Shown piece after piece: positions 25,186 through 38,927 of a DNA stretch of 64,000 nt (its first letter is position 1; each line of letters begins with the position of its first letter). Origin of the DNA: Camelus ferus (lineage: Eukaryota). The position numbers and the translations under genes were made by a program. The notes under the pieces were generated by a model. It was given only the letters and a program-made list of their open reading frames with translations, searched no databases and was not told the DNA's origin. The DNA lies in assembly GCF_009834535.1 (NCBI RefSeq), contig NC_045697.1, forward strand, positions 66,094,001 through 66,158,000, read 5' to 3'.

Positions 25186-25479
25186 ATTGACCTATGGAAA
25201 CAAAATGAGTGGCTGTAGTTGGACTATAATAGGTATGTAATAGGTACCTATCTCTTACTATAGAGCAGATAAAAATTGACTATTCAGTTGAGTTTTACAG
25301 AGATTAAGTCACTGAAGATTAGATTAGTAAGTAGTTTATCCCTATCTCTGACACTTAGTAGTTGAATGATCTTAAGGGAATCATTTCATTGCGGGTTCAG
25401 ATATTTTTCACCTTTGTGCTTATCATCACCACCACCATCCCCAATTCCCCTCCCCCAGTCTGAAGCTTAGGAATATTTG

Positions 25480-26100
25480 TATGGGCTGGACAAGTAACTT
25501 TGAAGTGGTGAACACTGGTGCATACCCTTTCTAAAAGGGGTAGCTGCTCCTTAGCTTCAGCAGTATATGACCATGTGATGTCACTGACAGCCTGTTTTTA
25601 TCAGATAATTCAGATTTTTCAAATACAGTGAAAAGACTGGATTTTTATTTAGTGTTGATCATCAATTTAACAGCTTTATTGAGGTATAATTTAAATGCCA
25701 TAAAAATCACCTACTTAATGTGTATAATTTGTTGGAGTTTAGTATATTTACAAAGTTGTGTGGCCATCACCATAATCTAATTTTAGAACATTTTAACAAA
25801 AAGAAACCTTGTATCCATTAGCAATCACTCCCCATTTCTCTCCCCTAGCCCTAGGCAACCTCTAATCTGTATTTATAGATTTGCCTATTCTGGACATTTT
25901 GTGTAGATGGGATCATGTACTATGTGATCTTTTGTGACTGACTTCTTTCACTTAGCATAAGGTTTTGAGGCTCATCCATGTTGTATCAGTACTTTGTTCC
26001 TTTTTATGGTAACTAATGTACAGAAAGATAAAAAATATTCAGGCCAGATAAAACATTTCTGAACAGAGGGTGGTCCTAGGCCTGTTAGTTTGAACTCTTA
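25480..26100. mobile_element. MER102-like hAT fragment split by an L1MB 3' end
   Basis: ctaaaaggggtagctgct...cagatttttcaa...ctggattttta before the L1, and aggccagataaaaca...agtttgaactct after it. Family assignment from memory. Confidence 0.45.
25665..26010 (-). mobile_element. L1MB-type 3' end
   Basis: tttaacagctttattgaggtataattt...ccctaggcaacctctaatct...ttgcctattctggacattt. Confidence 0.8.
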
Positions 26101-27149
26101 AGTGTAGATTATATTATTCCTATTGTTCTCTGGTATTTTTAACATGAGTTGTTTTTTCCTAAATCATTTTGATACCTTCTTTCTGTTAGCTAAATTATGA
26201 AACTTTAATGGTATCTTGGATCTACACTTTCTCCTGCTGGTAGTATTATTTGCCTCATGATGTGATTTTTTTTCTAGAAATAGAAACAAAGAATGTAGTC
26301 ACTCGTAGCAACATTTACAATGTTGGAAAGAGCTTTCAACAGAATAAACATGGTGAAATATTAAAATATTCAACATAAAGAAACAAATCTCAGTTTAAAA
26401 ATACTTTAGCTTGATTGCCAATTTTTCATGTAGCTCAAGGGGATTATTTCCTGTAGAAACATCTCTAATTTTATAATTACAGTGGGAAAATAACATTGAT
26501 ACGTGGACTTGGTATTTTTATTTCATTAGAATCTGAAATTTGGGGAATTTAGCAAATCACTTACTCCAAAGCAGAGCACTGTCTTGAAGTAATCTGAATT
26601 TCAAATGATCTCTCATTATTTCAAAAGATTTAAAGGTGACATTTGTAAATCACTCTACAGAGGCTTTTAGATCCATATAAAATAATTCAGGAAGTTATAA
26701 AATATAAATATAGTTCTAGGCTTGATAAGAATATGCTTTGGCTGTTTTGAAAATGAGGAGGGGCTTATAGGATATCTGAGGATCCAATATGAGGAAAACT
26801 AGTATAGAAAAGAGCATTCCCAATTTAAGGCTATTTAATACAAAAAAGCTTATTTTTTAAGCTAAGATCTTTTTAAAACAAGTAACTCATTGGCAATGTA
26901 GGAAACTTAACAAGAAAATCATAGGATATCCAGTGTCTTCTGAAATCTGAAATGTTACAGAATAATAAAAAAAAATAGGATATTGAAACTTAATTATGTA
27001 AGCCATATATTATGTTCTTGAACAAATTCAAGCAGTTTAGAAATAGAGCAAAAAATCAAGAGCCCTTTATCCCACTCATCTTAGAAGTACTGGATTTTAA
27101 AAATATTATTTCAGAATTGTGGTTCGTTGTAAATATTTATCACTGTATC

Positions 27150-27248
27150 CTCTCTCTCCTTGCTTCCCCTGCTCTCTTTCTCTCTTTCTTTCTCCCTCTC
27201 TCTCTCACTCACACACACATACACACACACACACACATCCCCCACACA
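27150..27248. repeat. (CT)n-(CA)n compound microsatellite
   Basis: Direct reading. Confidence 0.85.
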
Positions 27249-27601
27249 GTGCCTGGACTCACTTGTAAGTAGGAAGTTTTTGAGACTTCAGTGTACAACC
27301 TTGCAATTAAAATAACAAAAATCTTGACTATACTGTCATATTGGACTGTGTTTTAATTTTCCCTTTATACTGATGATAAGTAAATCCAATACATTTTAAG
27401 ATATGCTCAGATAAATTTGGACTTTTTAGATAAACAACATTTTCTGAAAATTTATCATAGGACTTAATGAACTTAAGCTGTTATGTACATATTTCTCCAC
27501 TTTGTATTTTTAAAGCATTTGTTCTTAAATATTTTGGTAACTTTGTGAAATAATTCTTAGAGTATTATTTTTAAAATAGTAATCTTTTCTCATTTTATTA
27601 G

Positions 27602-27778
<177 letters not shown>

Positions 27779-28539
27779 TAATAGCTTTGGGGTTTTTTAG
27801 ATGAAAAGACTGAAGTTTAAGAAGATTAAGTGACTCATCTGAGGTCATACAACTATTTGGGAATTGGATTTTCTGGGTTGATCCTTCCCCCACCCTGCCA
27901 AAAAGGGAAGGAGGCAGTTTTTCATTGGTAATTTTGTTTGTTTTCTACAGATCAGATCTCTTTACAGTGATGTTTTGGGAGGTATATTCTCTTGTGTCCT
28001 TTCTAATTGCATTGTAGCTTTATTTACGTACACCTGAGTCAGTAGGAACATAATGTCTTGAGGAAAGTCCTAGCTGGTAATCAGCATTCCTTCATATAGT
28101 AAATATGTATGCTTTGTTCCAGGCTCAGAACACAAACTAAATACATTTGAAGGGACTTGCATTATAAAAGCACCTCCAATTTTTCTTTGATAAATGCTAT
28201 CTAGATTTTTTGTTCTAACTTGTACATACCAAACAAGTAAAAATAACCTGTAATCCTTCTACCAAAAATGTATTTAAGGGATGAAAGCAAACCTACACAC
28301 CATTATAAAACACACACATTAGGTTACAAAATATAATTATAGTATTGGTTTGCATTTTAAGAAAAGTCATTTGATGATTTATCGTGGATAACTTATCAGT
28401 ACAGTCAGCTACTTCATAGCATTCCTGTCTGACTATGCATAGGATTAGTTTATTAACTGTTTCTCTATTAATTACCATTTACATTTACATTATTTCATTA
28501 TTATTGAACTAAAGTAAATAGCCTTGTAAATAAATCTTT

Positions 28540-28963
28540 TTTTTATTGAAGTATAGTCGATTTATAATGTGTCAATTTCTGGTGTACAGCGTAATAGTTG
28601 TCATACATATACATACATATATTTGTTTTCATATTCTTTTTCACTATAAGTTACTGCAAGAAATTGAATATAGTTCCCTTTGCTATACAGTGGGACCTTG
28701 TTGTTTATCTATTTTATATATAGTAGTTAATATCTGCAAATCTCAAACTCCCAATTTATCCCTTGCCACTCCCTTCCCACCTGGTAACCATAAGTTTGTT
28801 TCCTATGTCTGTCTTTTTTTCTGTTTTGTAAATGAGTTCATTTGTCTTTTTTTTTTAGATTCCACATATGAGTGATATCATAATAGTATTTTTCTTTCTC
28901 TTTCTGGCTTATTTCACTTAGAATGACAATCTCCAGTTCCATCCATGTTGCTGCAAATGGACA
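28540..28963 (-). mobile_element. 5'-truncated L1 with target-site duplication
   Basis: Poly-T plus L1 3' UTR; TSD TAAATAAATCTTT (28527-28539) and TAAGTAAATCTTT (28964-28976). Confidence 0.85.
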
Positions 28964-29389
28964 TAAGTAAATCTTTATGTTGTTATTTTTATAGGCTAAA
29001 CTTCAAACTAGGATGCTAAATCAAAAGGGTATACACATTTAAATTTTAATATATAGTTCAATTTTAATTTTAAAATTTCTGCCAATTTATGCTTTCATCA
29101 GCAGTATAAATAAGTGCCCATTATCGTAGGTGGATTTTTTTTGTTTGTTTTTAATTTTTTTGAAACTTAAAAATATACACAAAAATGGAAAATAGTACAA
29201 TATTTCTCATGGGCCCATCATCTTTCTTCAACAGTCATCTACTTCATATTTATCCCCCTAAGTGGATTGTATTGGAGTGGATTCCAAAGATGATATTATT
29301 TTATCCACATGAAGTATTTTTAAACCTCTCATTTTCACCAATTTGAGCAAGGGAACAGTATTGTGTGATTAGTGGGTGCTGCCTACATT

Positions 29390-29600
29390 GAGTGTTAAGA
29401 TTCTTCCTTTTCTTCTACTTGGTAGCTGTGTGACGTTGGGCAGTGTTGCCTAACTCTTCTTTGTTTCCTTAGCAAATAAAATAATATGATAATAGTACCA
29501 AACTCAAAGTTGTTGCGAAGAAGTGACAAAGTTAGTGTAAATTTCTTCTTATAGTGAGTGGCACATAGGAAGTACATAGTACATGTTAGCATTTATTTAT
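29390..29600 (+). mobile_element. MIR SINE
   Basis: tagctgtgtgacgttgggcag...taactct...gtttcct...aataatagtacc...tggcacataggaagt. Confidence 0.7.
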
Positions 29601-30335
29601 TCTTAAGGGCCATCTGATGATAGAAAATGGTACCGGAAAAACTTGACTGTGTCTTCCTCATTACAGTATCCCTACTCTTAAAAGTTCCTGAAAAATGGTA
29701 GTCTCAGTTAACATTTGTTGAGTTGCTAAATGGTTTGGGAAATTTTAGATATTCTTTCTTGTCCTCTTAGTATATCAATATTCCACAGTATTCCCAGTGA
29801 AAAATTTGTAGAATAACTTTATTCCACAGTAGTATCTAATCTTTTTTTTCCTCAGCAACTTACATCATTCAACTTTATTCATTAATTTAACAGATACTTA
29901 TTGTGCACCCACTGCTGGGCACCAGATGCTATTTTAGGCACTGAGAATATATATGGAAACAAAACGTGCATAACAGTTGCCCTCCTGAATTTTTTACAGT
30001 CCTCATTAAATTTGAACTTTAGCTGAGTTTTTTTTCTTCTCATTCTCGTACTAGACTTTGATATTTTTTTAAAAAGTCAAGAGGCAAACTACAAGGAGAG
30101 AAGAAATCAGAGTTTTCTTGTTTTTTAAGTAAACTTTTCTTGGTTCCTTTTAGAATGGACAGGACAGTCATGTCAGTCATTTTCATCTTTAATGTAGTAC
30201 ACTTTAGAGGTAATGTGTAGAATGATAGCTTTGTCTTACCAAGATAAGGTATCCTTCAAGATACTGTATCATTAAGACATGAAACTATTTTTGGCTTATT
30301 AGGACAATTTTCAACATAAGGACTTCTTTTTAATA

Positions 30336-32660
30336 TATTCTTTTTCAGATTCTTTTCCATTATAGGTCATTAGAAAATACTGAATATAGTTCCCTGTACT
30401 GTATAGCAGGTCCTTGTTGTTTATCTACTTTATATGTAGTGTATATATATTAATCCCAAACTCCTAATTTATCCCTCCCCTCCACTCTTTTCCCCTTTGG
30501 TAGCCGCAGTTTTCTATGTCTGTGAGTCTGTTTCTAGTTTTTAATAAGTTTATTTGTATCTTTTTTTTTCAGATTCCACATGTAAGTGATATATGATACT
30601 TGTCATTCTCTAACTACTTAATATGATCATCTCTGCGTCCAACCATTTTGCTGCAAATGGCATTATTTCATTCTTTTTTATGACTGAGTAATATCCTGTT
30701 GTATATATGTAACACATCATCTTTATCCATCCATTCATCTGTTGCTGGACATTTAGGTTGCTTACATGTTGTGGCTATTGTAGGTAGTGCTGCTGGGAAC
30801 ATTGGGGTTCATGTATCTTTGAACAGTTTTATCTGGATATATGCCCAGAAGTGGGATTGCTGGGTCATATGGTAACTCTATTTTTAGTTTTTTAAGGAAC
30901 CTCCATACTCTTTTTCATAGCGGTTGCACCAATTGATATTTCCACCAACAGTATAGGAGGACTCCTTTTTCTCCACACCTCCTTCAGCATTTATTATTTA
31001 TAGAGTTTTAAATGATGGCCATTCTCACTGGTGTGAGGTGATGCTTCACTGTAGTTTTGATTTCATTTTTCTAATAATTGGTGATGTTGAACATTTTTTC
31101 ATGTGCTTGTTGGCTGTCTGTATGTTTCTTTGGAGAATACCTATTTAAGTCTTCTGCCCATTTTTGGATTTTTTTTTTTTAATATTAAGCTGTATGAGCT
31201 GTTTGTATATTTTAGAAATTAATCCCTTGTCCATAGCATAGTTTTTGAATATTTTCTCCCATTCCATAGGTTGTCTTTTCATTTTGTTTATGGTTTCCTT
31301 CACTGTGCAAAAGCTTTTACGTTTAACCAGGTCCCATTGCTTAGTTTTGCTTTTATTTCCATCACTGTAGGAGATGGATTGAAAAAAAAAATTCCTGCTT
31401 TTTATGTCACAGACTGTTCTGCCTACATTTTCCTCTAGAAAATTTTAGAGTATCTGATCTTAAGTTTAGGTCTTTAGTTCATTTTGAGTTTTTGTATGTG
31501 GTGTTAGAGATTGTTCTAATTTCATTCTTTTACATGTAGCTGTTCAGTTTTCCCAGTAAGCTGTCCACTTATTGAAGATACTATCTTTTCTCCATTGTAT
31601 ATTCTTAACGCCTGGTGTAGATTAATTATAAGCACATGGATTTATTTCTGGGCTTCCTGTCTTGTTCTATTGATAGATGTGTCTGTTTTTATGCCAGTAC
31701 CATACATACTATTTTGATTACCGTAGCTTAGTATAGTCTGAGGTCAGGGAGTGTGATTCCTCCAGCTTCATTTTTTTTCAAGATTGTTTTGGCTATTTGG
31801 GGCCTTTTGTGTTCCTGTGCAAATTTAAAAATTTTTTTGTTTCAGTTCTGTGAAAAAAATCTGTATATTGCCTTGGGTAATATGAACATTTTAACAATAT
31901 TGTTTCTTCCAATCCAAGAACACGGTGTATCTTTCCATCTGTGTTGTCTTCAATTTCTTTTATCAGCGTCTTAGTTTTTGGAGTACAGGTCTTTGCCTCC
32001 TTAGGTAGGTTTATTCCTAGGTATTTTATTCTTTTTGATCCTTTCCTTAATTTCTCTTTGTGATATTTTATTGTTAGTGTATAGAAATGCAACAGATTTC
32101 TGTATATTCACTTCGTATCTTGCAATTTTACCGAATTCATTGATAAGCTCTAGCAGTTTTCTGGTGGCATCTTTAGGATTTTCTATATATAGTATCATGT
32201 CATCTGCAAACAGTGACAGTCAGTTTTACTTTTTTTTTTTTTTTTTTTTTCAGTTTGAATTCCTTATATTTCTTTTTCTTCTCTGATTACTGTGGCTAGA
32301 CCTCCAAAACTATGTTGAATAAAAATGGCAAGAGTGGGCATCCTTGTCTTGTTCCTGATCTTAGAGGAAATACTTTCAGCTTTTTACCAAGGAATATGAT
32401 GTTAACTTGGGTTTGTCATATATGGCCTTTATTATGTGGAGCTGTGTTCCCTCTGTGCCCACTTTCTGGAGAGTTTTTATCATAAATGGATGTTGAATTT
32501 TATCAAAAGCTTTTTCTGCATCTATTGAGATGATCATGTGGTTTTTATTCAGTTTGTTAATGTGGTGTATTGCATTGATTGATTTGTGAATATTGAAAAA
32601 CCCCTACGTTCCTGGGATAAATCTCAGTTGATCATGTTGTATGATCCTTTTAATGTACTG
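30336..32660 (-). mobile_element. 5'-truncated L1 (3' UTR plus decayed ORF2 C-terminal half)
   Basis: Minus-strand fragments [24 protein letters not shown]...[13 protein letters not shown] and [14 protein letters not shown] are L1 ORF2 reverse transcriptase; frameshifts present. Confidence 0.93.
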
Positions 32661-32888
32661 CTGGAGGCAGGTAACTTTGAAGTGACACTGGTGCATAACC
32701 TTTTTAATACTGGAGAAATACTACATTTTTAAAGTGATTTCTACTTTTGAAAAACTGAAAAGAGTCTGTTTACTTTTCTTTCAATTCGGTTGACATTTAT
32801 TGTAGAAATAGCATTGGGCCTGATATCAAGAGAACTATCTACAAGTATTAACACTTTTGCCTTTGTTTTGCATTAATGATTCTTATAA

Positions 32889-33041
<153 letters not shown>

Positions 33042-33894
33042 TGAATTGCAGTATCAAAATCATCTGCTTAAGCACAGAATATGTTGAGTTTGTGGATATC
33101 AAACCTGAAAATATACCTCAATGAATCAATCCTCTCTCTCACAACTAAGAGAACTTACGTTTGCATTTTATTTGTGACTGCTGTTGCTTTCTGTTTAATT
33201 AATCTAGTATTATTACTTATCTCTGAAGTACAAAATTAATTTTAAAAGGTATCCTAGTGGTGTGGTAAAGTAACTTCTTGGGAAAATTTGCTTTTAATTT
33301 AAATTTTATTTTATAAAATTTATACATACATACGGTTGTACACAATTATGTAAAACAACTGTTACCATTGCCAGTACCATTTTCTCCTCCCCAGTGACAG
33401 CTCCTTATAATTGTTGAAATAGAGGACTCTCTTGATATTTAACTACTTATCGAAAATTAATAGTGGTTATGCTTTTACTGGGTTACTCTGGTTTCCCATT
33501 AACTTTTACTTTATAAATATATCTACTGAGAAGCCTCCCAGTGAATCTAGACATAGTCTTCCCTGTCTTTATTCGTGACAACACATGAATAAACACAGTT
33601 TCTTTTTGGTAATCAAAATCAAAATCTGTCACTCCAACAAGCACAGTAACCTCTTTCTTTGCCTCAGTTGGTGGTATATGAAGCCCTAAATAGCAGGTGA
33701 CAGTCTCGACCCTAATTTAATGGGACAGTTGTTGTGTCCTTCCATGAAAGTATTCTTCCCTTGAGAGAACTAATAATGGTAGGAAGTAAAGATTCTGTAA
33801 GTTTTTAGGTGTGAGGAACAACTGTGGTCTGAGAGACTAGGCCCACATTTTAGTTTATATACCTATATATAGGCTATGTGAGAAATAACATCAT

Positions 33895-36800
33895 GTATTT
33901 TTAAAATTTTTTTAATTAAAGTATAGTTGATTTACAATGTTGTGTTAGTTTCAGGTGTGCAGCAAAGTGATTCAATTTTACATACATATATTCTTTTTCT
34001 GATTCTTTTCCATTATAGACAAGATACTGAATATAGTTCCCTGTGCTACATACAGTTGGTCCTTGTTTATCTGTTTTATGTATAGTAGTATGTATCTGTT
34101 AATTCCAAACTCCTAATTTATCTCTCCCTCTCCCCCTTTTCCCTTTGGTAACCATAAGTTACTATATCTGAGAGTCTGTTTCTGCTTTGTAAATAAATAA
34201 GTTCATTTGTATCATTTTTTTTCTATTGCATGTAAGTGATACCATATGATATTTGTCTTTCTCTGTCTGACTTACTTCACTTAGTAGGAAAATCTCTTGG
34301 TCCATTCACGTTGCTGCAAATGGCAGTATTTCACTCTTTATGGCTGAGTAATAGTCCATTGTGTGTGTATATATACATATACATACATACATTTATATAT
34401 ATATCACATCTTCTTTATTCATCTGTCAGTGGACACTTAGGTTGCTTCCATGTCTTATCTGTTGTACATAGTGCTGCTGGGAACATTAGGGTACGTGTAT
34501 ATTTTTGAATTAGAGGTTTCTCCAGATACATGCCCAGAAGTGGGATTGCTGGATCATAAAGGTAACTCTATTTTTAGTTTCTTAAGTAACCTACAGACTG
34601 TTCTCCATAGTGACTGCACCAATTTACATTCCCACCAACAGTGTAGAAGGGTTCTCTTTTCTCTATACCTTCTCAAGCAAGTATTATTTGTGGACTTTGA
34701 TGATGATCTTTCTGACCTGTGTGAGGTGATAACTCATTGTAGTTTTGATTTGCATTCCTCTGACGACTAGCAATTTTGATCACCTTTTCTTGTACCTGTT
34801 GGCCATCTGCATGTCCTCTTTGGAGTAATGTTCATTTAGGTCTTCTGCCCATTTTTTGATTGGATTTTTGTTTGTTTGTTTTTGATAATGAGGTATCTGA
34901 GCTGTTTGTATGTTTTGGAAATTAATCCCTTGTCAGTAGCATCATTTGTGAATATTTTCTCCCATTCCATAGGTTGTCTTTTCATTTTGTTTATGGTTTC
35001 CTTTGCTGAATAAAGGTTTATAAGTTTGATTAGGTCCATTTGTTTATTTTTGTTTTTATTTCTTTTGCCTGGTAGACTGACCTAAGAAAACATTGCTACG
35101 ATTTATGTCAGAGAATGTTTTGCCTATGTTCCTTTCTAGGAGTTTTATAGTGTTGTGTCTTACATTTAGGTCTTCAATCCATTTTAAGTTTATTTTTGTA
35201 TATGGTATTAGAGAATGTTCTAATTTCATTCTTTTACATGTAGCTGTCCAGTTTTCCCAGGACCACTTATTGAAGAGACTGTCTTTTTTCCATTGTATAT
35301 TCTTGCCTCCTCTATCAAAGATTAATTGATTGTAGGTGTATGGGTTTATTTCTAGGCTCTCTGTTCTGTTCCATTGATCCATATATCTTTTTTTGTGCCA
35401 GTACTGTGCTGTTTTGATTACTGTAGCTCTGTATAATTGTCTGACATCGGACAGTAATACTGCCATCTTTGTTCTTTTTCTTCAGGATTGCTTTGACAAT
35501 TCAAATCTCTTGTGGTTCCATATAAACTTTAGGATTATTTGTTCCAGTTCTGTGAAAAATGTCCTGGATAATTTGATCAGGATCATATTAAATCTGTAGA
35601 TTGCTTGGGTAATGTGGCCATTTTAACAATATTAATTCTTCCCATCCAAGAGCATAGGATATCTTTCTCTTTCTTGGAATCATCATCAGTTTCCTTTACC
35701 AGTGTTTTATAATTTTCAGCATATAAGTCTTTCAGGTTTATTCTTAGATTTTTTTTTTTTGATGCACTTTTAAAAGAGATCGTTTTTGACTTTTTATTTC
35801 TGATAGCTCACTGTTAGTGTAAAGAAGTGCAACATTTCTGTATGTTAATCTTGTATCCTGATTCCTTGCTAAATTTGTTTATCAGGTCTAGTTTCTGTGT
35901 GGAGTCCTTAGAGTTTTCTATATGTAGCATCATGTCATCTGTGTATAGTGATGTTTTACCTCTTCCCTTCCAATTTGGATCCCTTTTATTTCTTTTTCTT
36001 GTCTGATTGCTGTGGCTTGGACTTGAAATACTAGGTTGAATAGAAGTGGTGAGAGTGGACATCCTTGTTCCAGATTTTTGCAGGAAGACTTTCAACTTTT
36101 TACCATTGAGTATTATGTTGGATGTGGGTTGTCATAAATAGCTTTTATTATGTTGTGATATGTTCCCTCTATACCCACTTTGATAAGAGTTTTTATCATG
36201 AATGGATCAGAATTTTATCAAATGCTTTTTCTGTATCTATTGAAATGATCATGTGGTTTTTGTCCTTTCTTTGGTTGATGTGGTATAACACACTGATTTG
36301 TTTATGTTGAACCATCCTTGTGACCCTGGGATAAATCCAGTTTGATCATGCTGTATCATCCCTTTAATGTGTTGTTGGATTCCGCTTGCTAATATTTTGT
36401 TGAGAATTTTTGCTTCTATATTCATCAAAGATACTGGCCTGTAATTTTCTTTTTTTGTAGTGTATTTGCTTTTGGTATCATGGTGATGGTGGCTTCATAT
36501 AAGTTTGGGAGTGTTCCTTTCTCTTCAATCTTTTGGAAGAGTTTGAGAAGGATCAGTATAAGTTCTTTTATGTATGTTTGGTAGAATTCCCCAGGGAAGC
36601 CATCCTGTCCTGGACTTTTCTTTGCAGGGAGTATTGTTTTGTTTTGTTTTAATTACAGATTCTATTTCACTTCTAGTGATTGGTTTATTCAAATTATCTA
36701 TTTCTGGTTTTTTTTTTTTTTTTTTTTTTTTTTTGGACAGTGGTCATTAGGTTTATTGATTTATTTATTTTTATTGGAGGACCTGGGGGTTTAACCCAGG

Positions 36801-37152
36801 ACCTTGTGCATGCTAAAAACACATTCTACTATCGAGTTATACCCTCCCCCTTATCTGTTGCTTCTTGATTGGGTGTTGGTAGGCTGTGTTTCTAGAAACT
36901 TGTCCATTTCTTCTAGGTTGTTTGATTTGTTGGTATATAATTTTTCATAGTATTCTCTTACAGTTTTTTTTTTATATCTGTGGTATCAGTTGTTATTTCT
37001 CTCCTTTCATTTCTTATTTTGCCTATTTGGGTCCTCTCTCTCTTCTTCTTGGTGAGCCTGGCCAGAGGCTTGTCAATTTTGTTTATCCTTTCAAAAAACC
37101 AGCTCTTGATTTTATTGATTTTTCCCTATTATTTTCATCTCTATTTTATTTA
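33895..37152 (-). mobile_element. 5'-truncated L1 of about 3.2 kb with target-site duplication
   Basis: ORF2 fragments [12 protein letters not shown]...DQWNRTES...[10 protein letters not shown] and DLIKL..AKETINKMKRQPMEWEKIF; TSD AGAAATAACATCAT (33881-33894) and AGAAATAGCATCAT (37153-37166). Confidence 0.93.
36706..36850 (-). mobile_element. tRNA-derived SINE (vic-1-like), copy 2, nested in the L1
   Basis: Poly-T tail plus aacccaggaccttgtgcatgcta...gagttataccctcccc; degenerate TSD ttatctatttct / ttatctgttgct. Confidence 0.85.
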
Positions 37153-37459
37153 AGAAATAGCATCATATTAATTGCTGATTCAAAGCATTTACTTTGCTTG
37201 TACATCTGTTGAACAGCATATTAGCTTTGAGGGTATTATCAGTAAGTTCACATTCTGAATTTTCTCTAAGTGATACTGCTGTTCTGTAAGCCAGCTGCTT
37301 CTAGGTATTGAGGCACATAATAAGATCAGTGAATTCCATGGACTTGAATCCATTTGATGTGCTTTTCTTCCAGTGAAATTAACTCCCCTGGTCAGAAACA
37401 TTGATTGTTGTGTCATAGTGTACTGTTCCTTAATTAAGCTTTCTATATACCTGCATATG

Positions 37460-37880
37460 ATGCATTATTTTCCTGAGGGTCTTGTAACAAGGAACACAAA
37501 CAGTGGCTTAAACAATGAAAATACATTGTCTCACAGTTCTGAAGGCTAGAAGTCCAAGATCAAGGTGTCAGAAGGGTTAGTTCCTTCTGAAGGCTGTTCC
37601 ATCCCTCTCTGGCTAGCTTCTGGTGATTTGCTGGCAATCTTTGATATTCCTTGGCTTGTATATCTTTGCTTTCGTCTTCATACTGTGTACTCCCCATGTG
37701 CTTGTCTATCTCCAGATTTCCTTTCTTTATAAGGACACCAGGCATTGGATTAGGGCCTACCCTAATGATCTCATTTTAATTTGATTACCTGCGTAAAGAC
37801 CCTGTTTCCAAGTGAGGCCACATTCTGAGGGTGTTATTCAGCATGGGAATTTTGGAGGAAGAGAATTCTATTCATAACTG
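37460..37880 (-). mobile_element. MLT1-type LTR inserted in the ERVL relic
   Basis: gtggcttaaacaa...tctcacagttctgaaggctagaagtccaagatcaaggtgtca...ttggattagggcctaccctaatga. Confidence 0.85.
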
Positions 37881-38927
37881 CTTTTACTAAATGCAGGTGG
37901 ATAGGAAAGGCTAATCCAAAATAGTTATATTACTGTCTATTTCATGATGAAAGGTCAAATGTAATCAACTTGCCACCAAACAGTTGACTAAATCTCCCAA
38001 AGAATGGTGCTGTTACCAGAATTCATTGATGGCTTCTACTCTTGGCAGGTTGAATACTCACCAGTAGCAATAGCCAGATAAATCTTGGGATGAGAAAATC
38101 TTATCTTGTTAATCTCTGTGCACAGACTCAGTGCATGTTGCCATGGCCATTTGTATATAGACCTATTGAGCATGCATCCAAGTGGCTGTGGTCTTATTTT
38201 GGTTCACAGAATGGCTCATCTTATCCACTTGATTTTTTAAAAAACTCCTCTGCAGTAGATGCCTTTTGCTTAACATTTACATGGAAAACTGTTATCCTTA
38301 TATTCTGTTCTCAGAAAAACTTCAACAGCAACAAAAGAAGTTGAACAGTATACCTCTTCTGTAGACTTCTGGTCACTGATCTTCCACTCTCATTCTTCTC
38401 CTTAGCTACTGTCCATGATATATCATTGATCTGTACCTCTGGCCATTTCTTTTTATACAAAATAGACAGCAAGTTGTACTTCCCAAAGTTGTGCATAGGG
38501 CTGCTTTCTTAATGTGATTATATTATAGTAGTTGTTCATTTTTAGCTGGTTCAAACAATTATGTAAACTCTTTATAAAGCAAGTTTAAGATTTTTCTCCC
38601 ACTTTATCTGATAATCATAAAGAATTTCCCATAGTGCAGTAGATATTAGGTGAAGAAGTAAAGCAGAGAAGTAAATCCCATGGGAGTCTGAGACACATCT
38701 GTGCATGCAGCTTACTTATGCTTCCTGAACCTGCTCAAGTCCAGTCTCAAATATAGCATTTCCACTCGAGGATGGGTTGCTCTGCTTATCCTCGGGGTAG
38801 TCTTGGGAGATCAGATACCCAGGTCACATAACAGCTCTCGTCTCCTGGTCACTTGAGGTCCCACAGTCAGCCATTCTGGTCCTGTCAGGACTCCCTTTCA
38901 AAGCCAGCAACTATTTCACAAAAAGAT

